Source: Abditibacteriaceae bacterium
Lineage (GTDB): Bacteria; Armatimonadota; Abditibacteriia; Abditibacteriales; Abditibacteriaceae
Direction of reading: 5' to 3'
Length of the DNA: 18,023 bases
Assembly: GCA_031425655.1 (NCBI GenBank)
Contig: JANPJS010000137.1
Coordinates: 1 to 18,023, forward strand
Shown: positions 16,976-18,023 of the stretch, in pieces
How the letters are laid out: each line of letters opens with the position of its first letter
Position numbering within the stretch: position 1 is the first letter of the stretch
The notes under the pieces: generated by a model
Databases searched by the model: none
Told to the model about the DNA's origin: nothing
What the model saw: the letters and a program-made list of their open reading frames with translations, nothing else
Program-made: the position numbers and the translations under genes

Positions 16976-17956
16976 TTTATTCCGGTGCGCCGCGCTAAAC
17001 ATTAAATGCACGCGATGCATGAATTTATCTTCGAGCGCAATGCGGCGCTGCAATAATCGTCCGCGCGGATTTGGCGCGAACCACGATATATTTTTATATT
17101 CTCGATTAACCGCTCCGTAGCGATATTTATATTCTTCGGCGCCGCGTAGAAAATCGAATTCTTTCGCGCCTTCTTCGATGGCGTGTTGAAATACTTTGGC
17201 GAATAAACAAGTGCCGACGCTCCATCGCATTAAATTCGGATCGAAGCCGCCGATAAAAAAATAATATTTCCCAGCGTAGCAATAATTAAGCAGCACGCAC
17301 GCCGCTTCGCCGTTGCAGCGCAACGTCCATAAACGCAGCCAATTATTCTTCAAAAGCGCCCCGCAAAGCGCGCGATGAAACTTTTGGCGACGCGGCGTGG
17401 CTAACACGCCGGTTTGGCCGCGTTGACGCCATCGCGCGCCGTGCAAACGAAACAAATCGTCCAAAGCGTGCTGCATTTCGCCTTCACTTTGCGCCAATTT
17501 ATATTCGACTTTGAACTCTTTTTCTATGCGTTTCGGATAGCGTTTTATCTGCTCTCTCATATTTTTTCCGAGCGATTTAATATATTCGTCAAACGAATCC
17601 GGCAACTCTAAAACCGGGCACACTTCGGCGTCTTCTATTTTCCATCCGGAATTTTGCGCGAGATTTATTAATTCATTTTTAGCAGGAATTTGCGCTAAAT
17701 TCGCGCCGTGACAGCGTTCGGCTAAAGAATCTATTTCGCGCCATAAATGTGTCGCGCTTTCGATATTTTCGTAACTGGCTCCGCCGATGTCGTGAATACC
17801 GGCACCCCACCATTCGAGGCGCCGTGCGCTGTGGCCGCGCTGCATCAAATCAGCTTGTGCGCCCTCGGTTTGCGTGGTGTGAAATTGCTTGCCAGCGCCG
17901 AAAAACTGGCGATACGCATCAAGATATTCGCGGGTTTGGAAAATAGTTGATAGCAT
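16970..17956 (-). CDS. GNAT-family N-acetyltransferase (Acetyltransf_6, CelD/BcsL-like), 328 aa
   Basis: Family motifs CPVLELPDSFDEYIKSLGKNMREQIKR, LFRLHGARW, WLRLWTL, GFDP...WSVG and FDFLRGAEEYKYRYG. Confidence 0.9.
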   Translation of the reverse strand: MLSTIFQTREYLDAYRQFFGAGKQFHTTQTEGAQADLMQRGHSARRLEWWGAGIHDIGGASYENIESATHLWREIDSLAERCHGANLAQIPAKNELINLAQNSGWKIEDAEVCPVLELPDSFDEYIKSLGKNMREQIKRYPKRIEKEFKVEYKLAQSEGEMQHALDDLFRLHGARWRQRGQTGVLATPRRQKFHRALCGALLKNNWLRLWTLRCNGEAACVLLNYCYAGKYYFFIGGFDPNLMRWSVGTCLFAKVFQHAIEEGAKEFDFLRGAEEYKYRYGAVNREYKNISWFAPNPRGRLLQRRIALEDKFMHRVHLMFSAAHRNKG

Positions 17957-17968
17957 TTGATTTCACAG

Positions 17969-18023
17969 CACAAAGGACACGAAGCAGGCACAAAGATTCA
18001 CAAAGAGAACCGCATTTCCTTTG
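17969..18023. repeat. Tandem CACRAAG array (4 copies, 9-11 nt period), probably the left arm of an inverted array cut by the window edge
   Basis: CACAAAG at 17969, CACGAAG at 17978, CACAAAG at 17989 and 17999. The window ends in CTTTG, the start of the reverse complement CTTTGTG. Confidence 0.7.

Noticed and set aside
1..18023. CRISPR array or diversity-generating retroelement as an explanation for the repeats
   Set aside because: There is no repeat-spacer periodicity and no cas or reverse transcriptase gene. The PD40 repeats are conserved at protein level, and I saw no near-identical template/variable repeat pair by eye.

Overview
GC-rich bacterial window, apparently diderm (it encodes a lipoprotein and an outer-membrane barrel). 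The gene style suggests Armatimonadota/Abditibacteriota, but that is only an impression. It holds nine credible CDSs. Three encode large Sec-exported surface proteins: (1) a >850-aa protein of tandem TolB-like propellers with Calx-beta and Ig-like domains, which runs off the left edge and is missing from the ORF track; (2) a doubled CSLREA/choice-of-anchor-Q beta-helix protein with two Calx-beta domains; (3) a passenger-like beta-helix with two Ig-like domains. The others are a double zinc-ribbon membrane protein, a sugar-phosphate isomerase/epimerase TIM barrel, a convergent GNAT, and a tight three-gene operon: TolB-like propeller lipoprotein, FecR-TPR-beta-barrel outer-membrane protein, CHASE2 adenylate cyclase. 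That operon is the best candidate system: an NsrA/CyaK-like trans-envelope cAMP module with an extra propeller lipoprotein, beside adhesin-like genes. Intergenic DNA carries a 193-bp nested fold-back (MITE-like) element, an inverted heptamer array that supplies the stop codons of two convergent genes, a CACRAAG array at the right edge, two strong terminators and several short palindromes. No rRNA, tRNA, CRISPR array or transposase was seen.
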